64,000 nt of DNA from the NCBI GenBank assembly GCA_041662205.1, contig JBAZSZ010000001.1, positions 17,973-81,972 of the forward strand, in the 5' to 3' direction. The notes beneath the pieces are model-generated. The model worked only from the letters and a program-made list of their open reading frames with translations. It ran no database searches and was not told the DNA's origin. Made by a program: the position numbers and the translations under genes. Positions 32,269-40,717 of this stretch are shown here, one piece after another. Origin of the DNA: Minisyncoccota bacterium (GTDB taxonomy: Bacteria > Patescibacteriota > Minisyncoccia > Phycocordibacterales > UBA9973). Position 1 is the stretch's first letter. The number at the start of each line of letters is the position of its first letter.

Positions 32269-34413
32269 ATGCGACTCAAGACACTTCAATTAAATGGTTT
32301 TAAATCCTTTGCGCAAAAGACTATTTTGGAGTTCAATACCCCGATTGTTTCTGTTGTGGGTCCAAATGGTTCTGGAAAATCAAATATTGTAGAGGCTATT
32401 CGTTTTGTTTTAGGCGAACAATCCATGAAATCAATGCGAGGGAAAGGAGGTTCGGATCTTGTTTTTAAGGGATCTAAAAAATTACCAAAGGGGTCACGGG
32501 CGTCCGTAACTATTTATTTCGATAATACTGATAAGGTTTTTAAACTCTTAAGTGATGGGAGAGAAGATGTAGATTTGAATTATGATGTTATCTCGATATC
32601 TCGTGAAGTTTTTTCGGATGGATTAAATAAATATATTTTAAATGGCACAGAAGTTCGCTTGAAAGATATTCATAATTTACTCGCTTCGGTCAATGTTGGT
32701 TCTTCTGGGCATCATATTATTTCTCAGGGTGAAGCTGATAGAATTTTGAATGCTAATGCGAGAGAAAAAAAGGAAATGGTAGAAGATGCGCTCGGATTAA
32801 AAATTTATCAATACAAAATAAAAGAAAGTGAGAGAAAATTAGAGCGAACAAATGAAAATATGAAAGAAGTTGTTCTCTTGCGAAGAGAAAATGCTCCACA
32901 CCTTAACTTTTTGAAGAAACAGGTGGAAAAATTTGAAAAGACCAAAGAAATGCAAATAGAATTGGCAACTCTGTATAGAGAATATTTAAAAAAAGAAAGT
33001 GTTTATTTAGAGCAAGAGAAAAATAAATTATCTCTTGAAAGAATTAGTATTTCAAGCGAGCTTGAAAGTGTAGCAAGTAAAATTTCTCAAAATGAAGATG
33101 GTAATGTTGTTCAAAATAGTCAGAAAATAGAAGAACTAAGAGTAGTGGAACAAAAGCTAAATTCTCTACGCTCTTCAAAGGGCGAGCTGGAACGTAAGCT
33201 TGGTCGTATCGAGGGAATTCTCGAATCAATAGAAAATAAGGCAAAAGTTTTTGGAATCTCTGGTAAATGCCCAATGTGTGGAAACGAAATCAAAGAAGTA
33301 TCCGAGGGGCAAAAAGAAAAAATACATAATGAAGAAAAAGAATTAACAGAATTAAAAAATTCACAGCTTAATGTTCTAGCGGAAATCCAAAAAATAACAT
33401 TAGAAGAAAAAGAAGGTATCAAATCAGCAGAAATATTAAAACAAGCGATAAATAAAGAGATGGAAGCATTACGTGATCTTGAGAGGGAAAAATTTACCTG
33501 GAAAGTTAGGCATCAAGAATTATCTTCTGCTTTGGAAATGGTCTCAATTAAAGAAACAAATTTGAGAAGCCGTAAAGAAAGTTTTGAGAATGAAATAAAA
33601 GAAGGTATTGCCTTGATTGGTAAAGAAGAATTGTCTTATGAGAATTTTAAAATTGAAGGCATCAATACAGGAACTACCCAAGAAGAACAAAAGAGAAAGA
33701 TTGAGCGTATAAAAATAAAATTAGAAGATGCCGGTCTTGGTAACGGGACAGAATTAATGAAAGAGTTTCATGAAGTGACAGAGCGAGATCAGTTTTTAAT
33801 GAAGGAAATGGAGGATTTAGAAAAAAGTATTGAGTCTTTGCAAAAACTTATTGTAGATTTAAAAGAAAAAATAGATATAGAGTTTAAAGAAGGAATTAAA
33901 AAAATAAATGTGGAATTTCAAGAATTTTTCTCTTTAATGTTCGGTGGTGGGCATGGGTCACTTTCAGTGATTGAAATAAAAAAGAGAAAAAATTATGAAT
34001 CTGAAAATGATGAAGACAGAGAAGAAGGAGAACTTGAAGAAGATGAAAGTGTCGTTGAAAAGGGAATTGAGATAAATGTTTCTTTGCCGAATAAAAAGGT
34101 AAAAGAAATCAATGCTTTCTCCGGTGGAGAAAGATCCCTCACTTCTATCGCTCTTCTTTTTGCTATGTCGCAAGTAAATCCACCACCATTTTTAGTATTA
34201 GATGAGACAGATGCAGCGCTCGATGAAGCGAATTCTCGCAAATATGGAGATATGTTGGAAAAACTTTCTAAACATTCTCAACTTATCGTCGTTACCCACA
34301 ATCGAGAGACAATGTCCCGAGCTGGAATACTCTATGGTATTACCATTGGCTCCGACGAAGCCTCCAAACTTCTCTCAGTAAAATTTGAAGAAGCAACCCA
34401 GATTGCAAAGTAA
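32269..34413 (+). CDS. smc: Short SMC-family ATPase (714 aa) with central CPMC motif and no canonical hinge
   Basis: GFKSFA, GPNGSGKSN, IISQG, FSGGERS, LDETDAALDEAN, VTHN; rnc-smc synteny. Confidence 0.85.
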   Translation: MRLKTLQLNGFKSFAQKTILEFNTPIVSVVGPNGSGKSNIVEAIRFVLGEQSMKSMRGKGGSDLVFKGSKKLPKGSRASVTIYFDNTDKVFKLLSDGREDVDLNYDVISISREVFSDGLNKYILNGTEVRLKDIHNLLASVNVGSSGHHIISQGEADRILNANAREKKEMVEDALGLKIYQYKIKESERKLERTNENMKEVVLLRRENAPHLNFLKKQVEKFEKTKEMQIELATLYREYLKKESVYLEQEKNKLSLERISISSELESVASKISQNEDGNVVQNSQKIEELRVVEQKLNSLRSSKGELERKLGRIEGILESIENKAKVFGISGKCPMCGNEIKEVSEGQKEKIHNEEKELTELKNSQLNVLAEIQKITLEEKEGIKSAEILKQAINKEMEALRDLEREKFTWKVRHQELSSALEMVSIKETNLRSRKESFENEIKEGIALIGKEELSYENFKIEGINTGTTQEEQKRKIERIKIKLEDAGLGNGTELMKEFHEVTERDQFLMKEMEDLEKSIESLQKLIVDLKEKIDIEFKEGIKKINVEFQEFFSLMFGGGHGSLSVIEIKKRKNYESENDEDREEGELEEDESVVEKGIEINVSLPNKKVKEINAFSGGERSLTSIALLFAMSQVNPPPFLVLDETDAALDEANSRKYGDMLEKLSKHSQLIVVTHNRETMSRAGILYGITIGSDEASKLLSVKFEEATQIAK

Positions 34414-34417
34414 TCCT

Positions 34418-34990
34418 ATGAAATTAATTCTTGGTTCATCTTCAAAATATAGAAAAAATATTCTTGAGAAAGCCGGATATGTTTTTGATGTTTTGGTTCC
34501 TGATATTGATGAAAAATTAATTCAAGTTGATGATCCATATCAAAGACCTCTGGTGGTTGCTAGGGCTAAAGCTGAAGTTTTAATTTCTCAAATAAAAGAA
34601 CCAGCTTTGCTTGTTACATCAGATGTTATCGCTGTTTGTAATGGAAAAGTGCGTGAAAAACCAGAGTCTAAAGAAGAGGCTAGAGAATTTTTGATGGAAT
34701 ACAGCAAGGGAATAGGGCCTGAAGGTGTAACTGCTATTGTGATTTATAACACAGTTACCAAAGAATATTTTGAAGGAATCGATAAAGCTCAAGTTTTTTT
34801 TAGTGAATTTCCTGAATCAGTGATTGAAGATTTTATAAAAAATGGTGATGCTCTCGGTCGGGCTGGTGGTTTTGGTGTTCAATCCCCAATACTCCGACCT
34901 TATGTGAAAAAAATTGAAGGAGATGAAGAATCCATCGTCGGTTTACCAGTTTTATTGTTAAAAAAATTACTCAAACAAGCTGGGTATTGA
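34418..34990 (+). CDS. maf: Maf-family nucleoside triphosphate pyrophosphatase
   Basis: LILGSSSKYRK, DIDEK, TSD, EKP, RAGGFGVQ, IVGLP. Confidence 0.88.
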   Translation: MKLILGSSSKYRKNILEKAGYVFDVLVPDIDEKLIQVDDPYQRPLVVARAKAEVLISQIKEPALLVTSDVIAVCNGKVREKPESKEEAREFLMEYSKGIGPEGVTAIVIYNTVTKEYFEGIDKAQVFFSEFPESVIEDFIKNGDALGRAGGFGVQSPILRPYVKKIEGDEESIVGLPVLLLKKLLKQAGY

Positions 34991-35006
34991 AATTTTATAA
35001 TCTACG

Positions 35007-36923
35007 CTATAGCGTAGATATATTTTTAACTTCTTTAAATTTTATATTTTCTTCTTTACCCGCTGTTACTTTTTCTATTTGAAAGACAGAATTTTGCTGG
35101 GTTATGTTTTTCTTTGCAGTCATTGAGCCATCTTTAAATAATTTTAATTCTAAAAGCATACCCTGCATAGTTTTTTTATCTCGAGGTTGATCAAAAATAA
35201 AATTACCAAGCGAGTAGGCAATATAGCCATTGTTATAAACCTCTGTGTCCTGTGTGACGTGTGAATGCGAACCAATAACAATTTTTGCACCATTATCGAT
35301 TGCCTTATGTGCTAAAAATTCTTGTCTGGCATTGTGTTTATTTTTATATTCTTCGCCGAAATGAAAAGTGACAACTAAATAATCTACTTGTTTAGCTGCA
35401 TTTTTAATTATTTCATCAAAATTTGGATCGTTTGCTAGGAGTACTCCTGCTTTTTCAATACCGACAGACATATTATTTGGTCCCACATCAGAGAATCCAA
35501 GATAGCCAATTTTCATTCCATATTTTTCGATAATGGCTGGTGTTTCGGCTTCTGTTTTATTGTTTCCTCCACCAGTATAAAGTATTTCGTTTTCTTTCAA
35601 GCGGGCAAGTGTATCAATAAAGGCATTACGTCCCCAATCAGCGACGTGATTGTTTGCCAAGGATAAAACATTCACACCCACGCCCCTCAAGGTTGGAATA
35701 ACTACAGGATTCATTCTGAAGGAATATAAATTCTTTTGATCAATACCTTTATCCGAAGCAGTCCCTTCTAGATTGGCAAAGAAAATATCTGTGTTTTTTA
35801 ATAACTCAAGTAGATTATTTGATTTTTCAAAAAGTTGAGAATAATCATTATTGAAATTTTTTACAACTGAATTTCTTACTCCACGATCGAGCATTATATC
35901 ACCAGCAAAAGATAAGGTAACAAAATTTTGATCTCTGATGTCCGGCGTGCCAACTTTTTCTTGTACCCAATTTGTATTTGCGTCAGCCACACCACCGTAA
36001 TATATGTTTTTTTTCAAATATTTTAAAAGAGTTTCAACATCACCGCGACGATCATTGCTTTGAAGTAAAGTAATAGCGATAGGTCGAGAACCGGCCTGAC
36101 CTAAAGGCAAATTAAAAAGAGAGATGACTGTTTGTCTAGCTTCGTCTGTGTAACCACTTTTCCCCCCAATGTACCCATTTTTTTTTAGAAACTGACTAAT
36201 GTTTGACCAACTATGAGTCTTTGTGGAATAGCTGTTTTTAGTAGTTATTTTTAATAAATCCTTCTGTCGCTGTGCTATGTATCCGGCCAATTTAAACATA
36301 TCAGATACAGTTGATTGATTGTTCGGAGTTAGGCCACTTGGATCTTCATAGAAAGTGGAGTTCATCTGCAGAGCCGATGCTTCCTGATTCATTTTCAAGA
36401 TAAAACTATTTCTACCGAAATATAAAGCAAGTGCTTCTGCTGCATCGTTGCTCGATTCTAAAAGAAGGGGATACATTAGATCAGAAATTTTTATTTTTTC
36501 TCCTAATCTTAATTCTCCATTCTGGCCAGAAGTCGAGAGAGCATTTTTAGTTATTTTAGTTGTTTCGTTTGATTTTACTAATTTGCTGGTGACGAGAGCG
36601 GTCATTAGTTTGGAGGTAGAGGCAATAGGGAACTTCTGATCTTGGTTTTTTGAAAGAATTACTTCTCCAGTATTTAAATCGCCAACTAAATAAGCTTTAG
36701 CAGATACTTTCGGCCCACCTTTTGTATCGTTGTTAATATAATAATATTGGAGTTTTGCTGATTCGGGAGCAATGAGTTGAACCACTAGTGCTTCGTTGTT
36801 ATTTGTTTGGAATATTTTAAAATAGTTACTATCAAAAAAAAATGAGGTAACAAAAATACCGAGGATTACTGGTGGCATCGTCCAAAATATTAATTTAATT
36901 TTTGTTTTTAAAACAGAATTCAT
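35007..36923 (-). CDS. D-Ala-D-Ala carboxypeptidase (S11) fused to CapA/PGA_cap metallophosphatase-like domain
   Basis: ASTSK (SxxK), SSN, KSG motifs; then AGDIML, NLEG, LANNH, HFGEEY, GSHSH, YSLGNF. Confidence 0.85.
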   Translation of the reverse strand: MNSVLKTKIKLIFWTMPPVILGIFVTSFFFDSNYFKIFQTNNNEALVVQLIAPESAKLQYYYINNDTKGGPKVSAKAYLVGDLNTGEVILSKNQDQKFPIASTSKLMTALVTSKLVKSNETTKITKNALSTSGQNGELRLGEKIKISDLMYPLLLESSNDAAEALALYFGRNSFILKMNQEASALQMNSTFYEDPSGLTPNNQSTVSDMFKLAGYIAQRQKDLLKITTKNSYSTKTHSWSNISQFLKKNGYIGGKSGYTDEARQTVISLFNLPLGQAGSRPIAITLLQSNDRRGDVETLLKYLKKNIYYGGVADANTNWVQEKVGTPDIRDQNFVTLSFAGDIMLDRGVRNSVVKNFNNDYSQLFEKSNNLLELLKNTDIFFANLEGTASDKGIDQKNLYSFRMNPVVIPTLRGVGVNVLSLANNHVADWGRNAFIDTLARLKENEILYTGGGNNKTEAETPAIIEKYGMKIGYLGFSDVGPNNMSVGIEKAGVLLANDPNFDEIIKNAAKQVDYLVVTFHFGEEYKNKHNARQEFLAHKAIDNGAKIVIGSHSHVTQDTEVYNNGYIAYSLGNFIFDQPRDKKTMQGMLLELKLFKDGSMTAKKNITQQNSVFQIEKVTAGKEENIKFKEVKNISTL

Positions 36924-38869
36924 ATTAATGTATAGTCTATATTTTTTTTCTCTAAATCAGTTGTCTTTACTTTTATTTTAACATGGTCGCCGAGACGATA
37001 TCTTTTTTTCTTTTTTTGTCCAATTAATTCTAATTTTTTTTCATTAAAAATATAAAAATCATCTTTCATGTCTCGCACTCGTACTAGACCTTCACATTTT
37101 GTTTCTATTTCTTCAATATACATACCCCACTCCGTTATGCTACTTATCACTCCATTAAATCTGTCTCCTTTGTGCTGAGACATATATTCCACTTGTTTGT
37201 ATTTTATTGAGGCCCGTTCAGCGTCCGAAGCACGTTTTTCTTGTTCGGAAGATATTATTGCAATTTTTTCATATTCAAATAATTTCTCTCTTAATTTATC
37301 TTTTGCATTTTTTTTCTTTGCTAAGTAAATACTAAGGAGTCTATGCACCATAATATCTGGATATCTTCTTATGGGAGAAGTAAAATGCGTATAATATTCA
37401 AAAGCTAAACCATAGTGTCCGATATTTTTGGTAGAATAAATAGCTTTTGCCATAGATTTTATGACTGCCCGATGTACTGTGTCTATGATTATTTTATCTA
37501 CCTTTTTCCCCTTTAGATCTGTGAGTAATTTATTTATTTCATGAGTTGAGATTATTCCATTTTGCAATGATACTTTATGTCCTAAACTTCTTAAGAAAAA
37601 TGCTAGATCGGCCATTTTTTCTTTAGATGGTTCATCATGGATACGATAAATGGAAGTATTTTCTGAGAGAACTTTCGCTACTTTTTTATTTGCCAATAAC
37701 ATAAATTCTTCAATTAATTTATTGGAATCACCTCGTTCTTTTTTTATTACTTTTATTGGTACTCCTTTGTCATCTAAAATAAATTTAACTTCTTCTTGTT
37801 CCAGTGAGATAGCTCCTTGTTCGAATCTTTCTTTAGTTAATTTTTTTGCTAAATTATTTAAAATAGAGAGTTCTTTGTGAAGTGGAGATCCTTTGCTTTT
37901 TATTGTTTTCTCTGCTTCTTCATAAGTAAATCTTTTTTGGGAATGTATTATTGTCCTGCCAAACCATTCACTTTTTACTCTTATGTTTTTTTCTCCATTT
38001 TTATCGATTATAAATACTGCGCTCATGGTGAGTCGGTCTTTATTAGGGACTAAACTACACAAATCGTTAGAAAGAATTTCCGGAAGCATTGGTATGGTTC
38101 TATCTACTAAATAGACCGAAGTTCCTCGTTCGCGTGCTTCACCATCTAGGGCACTTCCTGTTTTTACATAATACGATACGTCTGCGATGTGTATACCTAT
38201 CTCATATACATCATTTGAGATTTCTTTGAAAGATATTGCGTCATCAAAATCTTTTGCATCTTCGGGATCGATGGTAAAAGTCAGTGTTTTTCTAAAATCA
38301 CGTCTACCTTCATAATCACTATTTTTAATTCCTCCCTGTTTTATTTTTCTTGCTTCTTCTTCTACTTTTTCCGGAAGTTCTGAATCAAAACCTTTCTCTA
38401 TAGCTATTGCATTCATTTCGGTATTATTGTCACCAGGTTTTCCTAAGATTTTTATCACTTTACCGATCGGGGCTTTTTGGGAATCTTTCCAAGAAATTAT
38501 TTCCACAAAAACTTTCTGTCCCACTTTTGCGTTATTAAAATTTTCTTTTGGAATCAAAATATCCGTATACATCTTCGTATCATCTGGCTTTAAAAAAAAT
38601 ACACTATTTTCTTGTTCTAAGACCCCAGTAAAATGCATTTTTGCGCGAGAAATTATTTTTATAACTTCAGCAGTTTGACGTTTTTGGCTTTTGGGATGAA
38701 GAAATATCTCCACCATATCTCCATGAAGTGCAGTATTTAAATGTTTAAAATCAATTTCCGGATCTTGCTCTTTGTTTTTTCCTATTCCAATAGCCACATA
38801 TCCTGTGCCTTTAGAAGATATAGAGATCACGCCTTGTAATTTATTTGTTTTACTGTTAATTTTACTCAC
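36920..38869 (-). CDS. rnr: Ribonuclease R
   Basis: TIDPEDAKDFDDA, IHIADVS, EEFMLLAN, YTHFTSPIRRYPD, C-terminal S1 domain. Confidence 0.93.
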   Translation of the reverse strand: MSKINSKTNKLQGVISISSKGTGYVAIGIGKNKEQDPEIDFKHLNTALHGDMVEIFLHPKSQKRQTAEVIKIISRAKMHFTGVLEQENSVFFLKPDDTKMYTDILIPKENFNNAKVGQKVFVEIISWKDSQKAPIGKVIKILGKPGDNNTEMNAIAIEKGFDSELPEKVEEEARKIKQGGIKNSDYEGRRDFRKTLTFTIDPEDAKDFDDAISFKEISNDVYEIGIHIADVSYYVKTGSALDGEARERGTSVYLVDRTIPMLPEILSNDLCSLVPNKDRLTMSAVFIIDKNGEKNIRVKSEWFGRTIIHSQKRFTYEEAEKTIKSKGSPLHKELSILNNLAKKLTKERFEQGAISLEQEEVKFILDDKGVPIKVIKKERGDSNKLIEEFMLLANKKVAKVLSENTSIYRIHDEPSKEKMADLAFFLRSLGHKVSLQNGIISTHEINKLLTDLKGKKVDKIIIDTVHRAVIKSMAKAIYSTKNIGHYGLAFEYYTHFTSPIRRYPDIMVHRLLSIYLAKKKNAKDKLREKLFEYEKIAIISSEQEKRASDAERASIKYKQVEYMSQHKGDRFNGVISSITEWGMYIEEIETKCEGLVRVRDMKDDFYIFNEKKLELIGQKKKKRYRLGDHVKIKVKTTDLEKKNIDYTLI

Positions 38870-38938
38870 TATCTTACAAATATAACATAAAAAAACGTAA
38901 TATATTGCTTTTTTAAGTTTTTATGATAAGCTCTATTT

Positions 38939-39247
38939 ATGTTAAAAATAAGACTTCAGAGGATAGGTAGAAAGAATGATCCGGCGTTTCGGGCTGTTTT
39001 GACTGATTCAAAAAATAGTACCAAAAGTGGACGATTTTTAGAAATTGTCGGGACTTATAATCCAAAGGCAGGAGAAGCAGATTTTAAGGCTGATAGAATA
39101 AAATATTGGATGTCCAAAGGCGCAAAGCTTTCTAATACAATGCACAATTTTTTAGTGCATCAGAAAGTCATTGAAGGTAAGAAAGTAAACGTTTTGCCGA
39201 AAAAGAAACCAACAGTTAAAAGAAAGGAATTAAAGACTAAGAAATAA
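38939..39247 (+). CDS. rpsP: 30S ribosomal protein S16
   Basis: MLKIRLQRIGRKNDPAFR, GRFLEIVGTYNP. Confidence 0.95.
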   Translation: MLKIRLQRIGRKNDPAFRAVLTDSKNSTKSGRFLEIVGTYNPKAGEADFKADRIKYWMSKGAKLSNTMHNFLVHQKVIEGKKVNVLPKKKPTVKRKELKTKK

Positions 39248-39256
39248 TTTTACCTG

Positions 39257-39292
39257 TCCTGTAGTAAATTTTGCAAAAATTTTACTGTGGGA
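39257..39292. repeat. Palindrome between rpsP and khpA
   Basis: tcctgtagtaaattttgc / aaaaattttactgtggga imperfect inverted repeat. Confidence 0.55.
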
Positions 39293-39381
39293 TATAATTA
39301 TTACAGCAGTCATTCGGTCGTATACTGCCAAGTTTAGTAAAAGGTTAGTAAAAGATTAAAAGTATAAATTTAAAAAATATT

Positions 39382-39750
39382 ATGCAAGAAGAAGCTGATA
39401 AGATATTTCTAGAATACGTAGTAAAGGCTCTAGTCGACAATCCAAACGATGTGAAGATTGAGCGTTCTTTAGATGAAATGGGAGTTTTGATAACTCTTAC
39501 TGTAAATCCTGCCGATATGGGTAAGATTATTGGAAGAATGGGTAATACAGCAAAAGCTATTCGTACCTTGCTTCGTATTATTGGTATGAAGAATAACGCC
39601 CGTGTAAATCTGAAGATCAATGAACCTGAGGGCTCCGTCAGGCCAGAGAGAACCGAGAGACCTGCAGGGTCTTTTGGAGGGTCCATGAGTTCTTCAGCTC
39701 CAGCCATGAAAACTGTCGATCAGGCTATGGAAGACTTGAAAGGAATATAA
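39382..39750 (+). CDS. khpA: KH-domain RNA-binding protein KhpA
   Basis: LVDNP, DMGKIIGRMGNTAKAIRTLL; rpsP-trmD context. Confidence 0.9.
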   Translation: MQEEADKIFLEYVVKALVDNPNDVKIERSLDEMGVLITLTVNPADMGKIIGRMGNTAKAIRTLLRIIGMKNNARVNLKINEPEGSVRPERTERPAGSFGGSMSSSAPAMKTVDQAMEDLKGI

Positions 39751-39752
39751 AT

Positions 39753-39781
39753 AAAAAATCCCCTCATTGAGGGGATTTTTT
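39753..39781 (+). terminator. Intrinsic terminator after khpA
   Basis: aaaaaatcccctca-t-tgaggggatttttt. Confidence 0.8.
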
Positions 39782-39795
39782 GATATGATATAAAT

Positions 39796-40494
39796 ATGCG
39801 TTTTCATATAATTACAATTTTTCCTAATATTTATGATTCATATATGAATGAGTCTATTATTGGAAGAGCAATTAAAGATAAAAAAATATCTTTAAATTTT
39901 TACAATCCCAGAGATTTTATAAAAGGAAGTAAGAGCAATTACAAACCAGTAGACGGTAAACCGTATGGCGGGGGAGCTGGTATGGTTCTACAAGCAGAAC
40001 CGATCTTGAAGGCATTTTCAAATATTGAAAAGAAGACAAAGAGTAAAAAGAAAAAAGTCGTGATATTTTCAGCGAAAGGAAAACCATTCAATCAAAAGAT
40101 TGCCTATGACTGGGCAAAAAAGTATCAAGAAATCGTATTTATCACTGGCCGGTATGAAGGCATCGATGAACGAGTTAGAATAGCACTCAAGGCTGAGGAA
40201 ATTTCTATTGGTCCGTATGTGTTGACCGATGGAGACGTGGCGGCGATGGTCGTCTCTTCGGCAGTGGTCAGACTTTTACCCGGTGTGATTCGTTTAGAAT
40301 CTTTAAAAGAAGAATCCCACTGGAATTTATTGTTAAAGAAAGAAAAGCAAGGTGAATTAGGGGAGAGCGGTTTAGAATATCCGCACTACACTCGTCCAGA
40401 AATTTTAAAATATAAGGGTAAAAATTATAAAGTCCCGAAAGTTTTGCTTTCCGGAAATCATAAAAAAATAGAAGAGTGGAGGAAAAATTCATAA
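39796..40494 (+). CDS. trmD: tRNA (guanine-N1)-methyltransferase
   Basis: PYGGGAGMV, GRYEGIDER, SIGPYVLT, EYPHYTRP, VLLSGNH. Confidence 0.95.
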   Translation: MRFHIITIFPNIYDSYMNESIIGRAIKDKKISLNFYNPRDFIKGSKSNYKPVDGKPYGGGAGMVLQAEPILKAFSNIEKKTKSKKKKVVIFSAKGKPFNQKIAYDWAKKYQEIVFITGRYEGIDERVRIALKAEEISIGPYVLTDGDVAAMVVSSAVVRLLPGVIRLESLKEESHWNLLLKKEKQGELGESGLEYPHYTRPEILKYKGKNYKVPKVLLSGNHKKIEEWRKNS

Positions 40495-40508
40495 TCCACA
40501 ATCAGAAT

Positions 40509-40537
40509 TTGACAAAAAAGGTAAAATGGAGTAGGGT
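40509..40537 (+). promoter_or_regulatory. Sigma70-type promoter of the rpoBC operon
   Basis: TTGACA-N17-TAGGGT. Confidence 0.55.
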
Positions 40538-40717
40538 GTTTAGGATTCATTGATTGAGTATCGGATGCAATCTTATTGTTTAATTATAAGGTTTTTAACT
40601 TAATCATATCTAAATAAATCTAAATAAATCTTGAGAAGCTAAAGAAAAGCATTTTTCATCTGTTTTTCTTTGATTTTTCTTCGATTTCTTTTTCTTTGTT
40701 TAGGTCACAAGCTAACT

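Noticed and set aside
39631-39690. GC-rich khpA 3' segment (gagagaaccgagagacct) resembling the family A core
   Set aside because: No flanking arms; explained by RPERTERP low-complexity coding.
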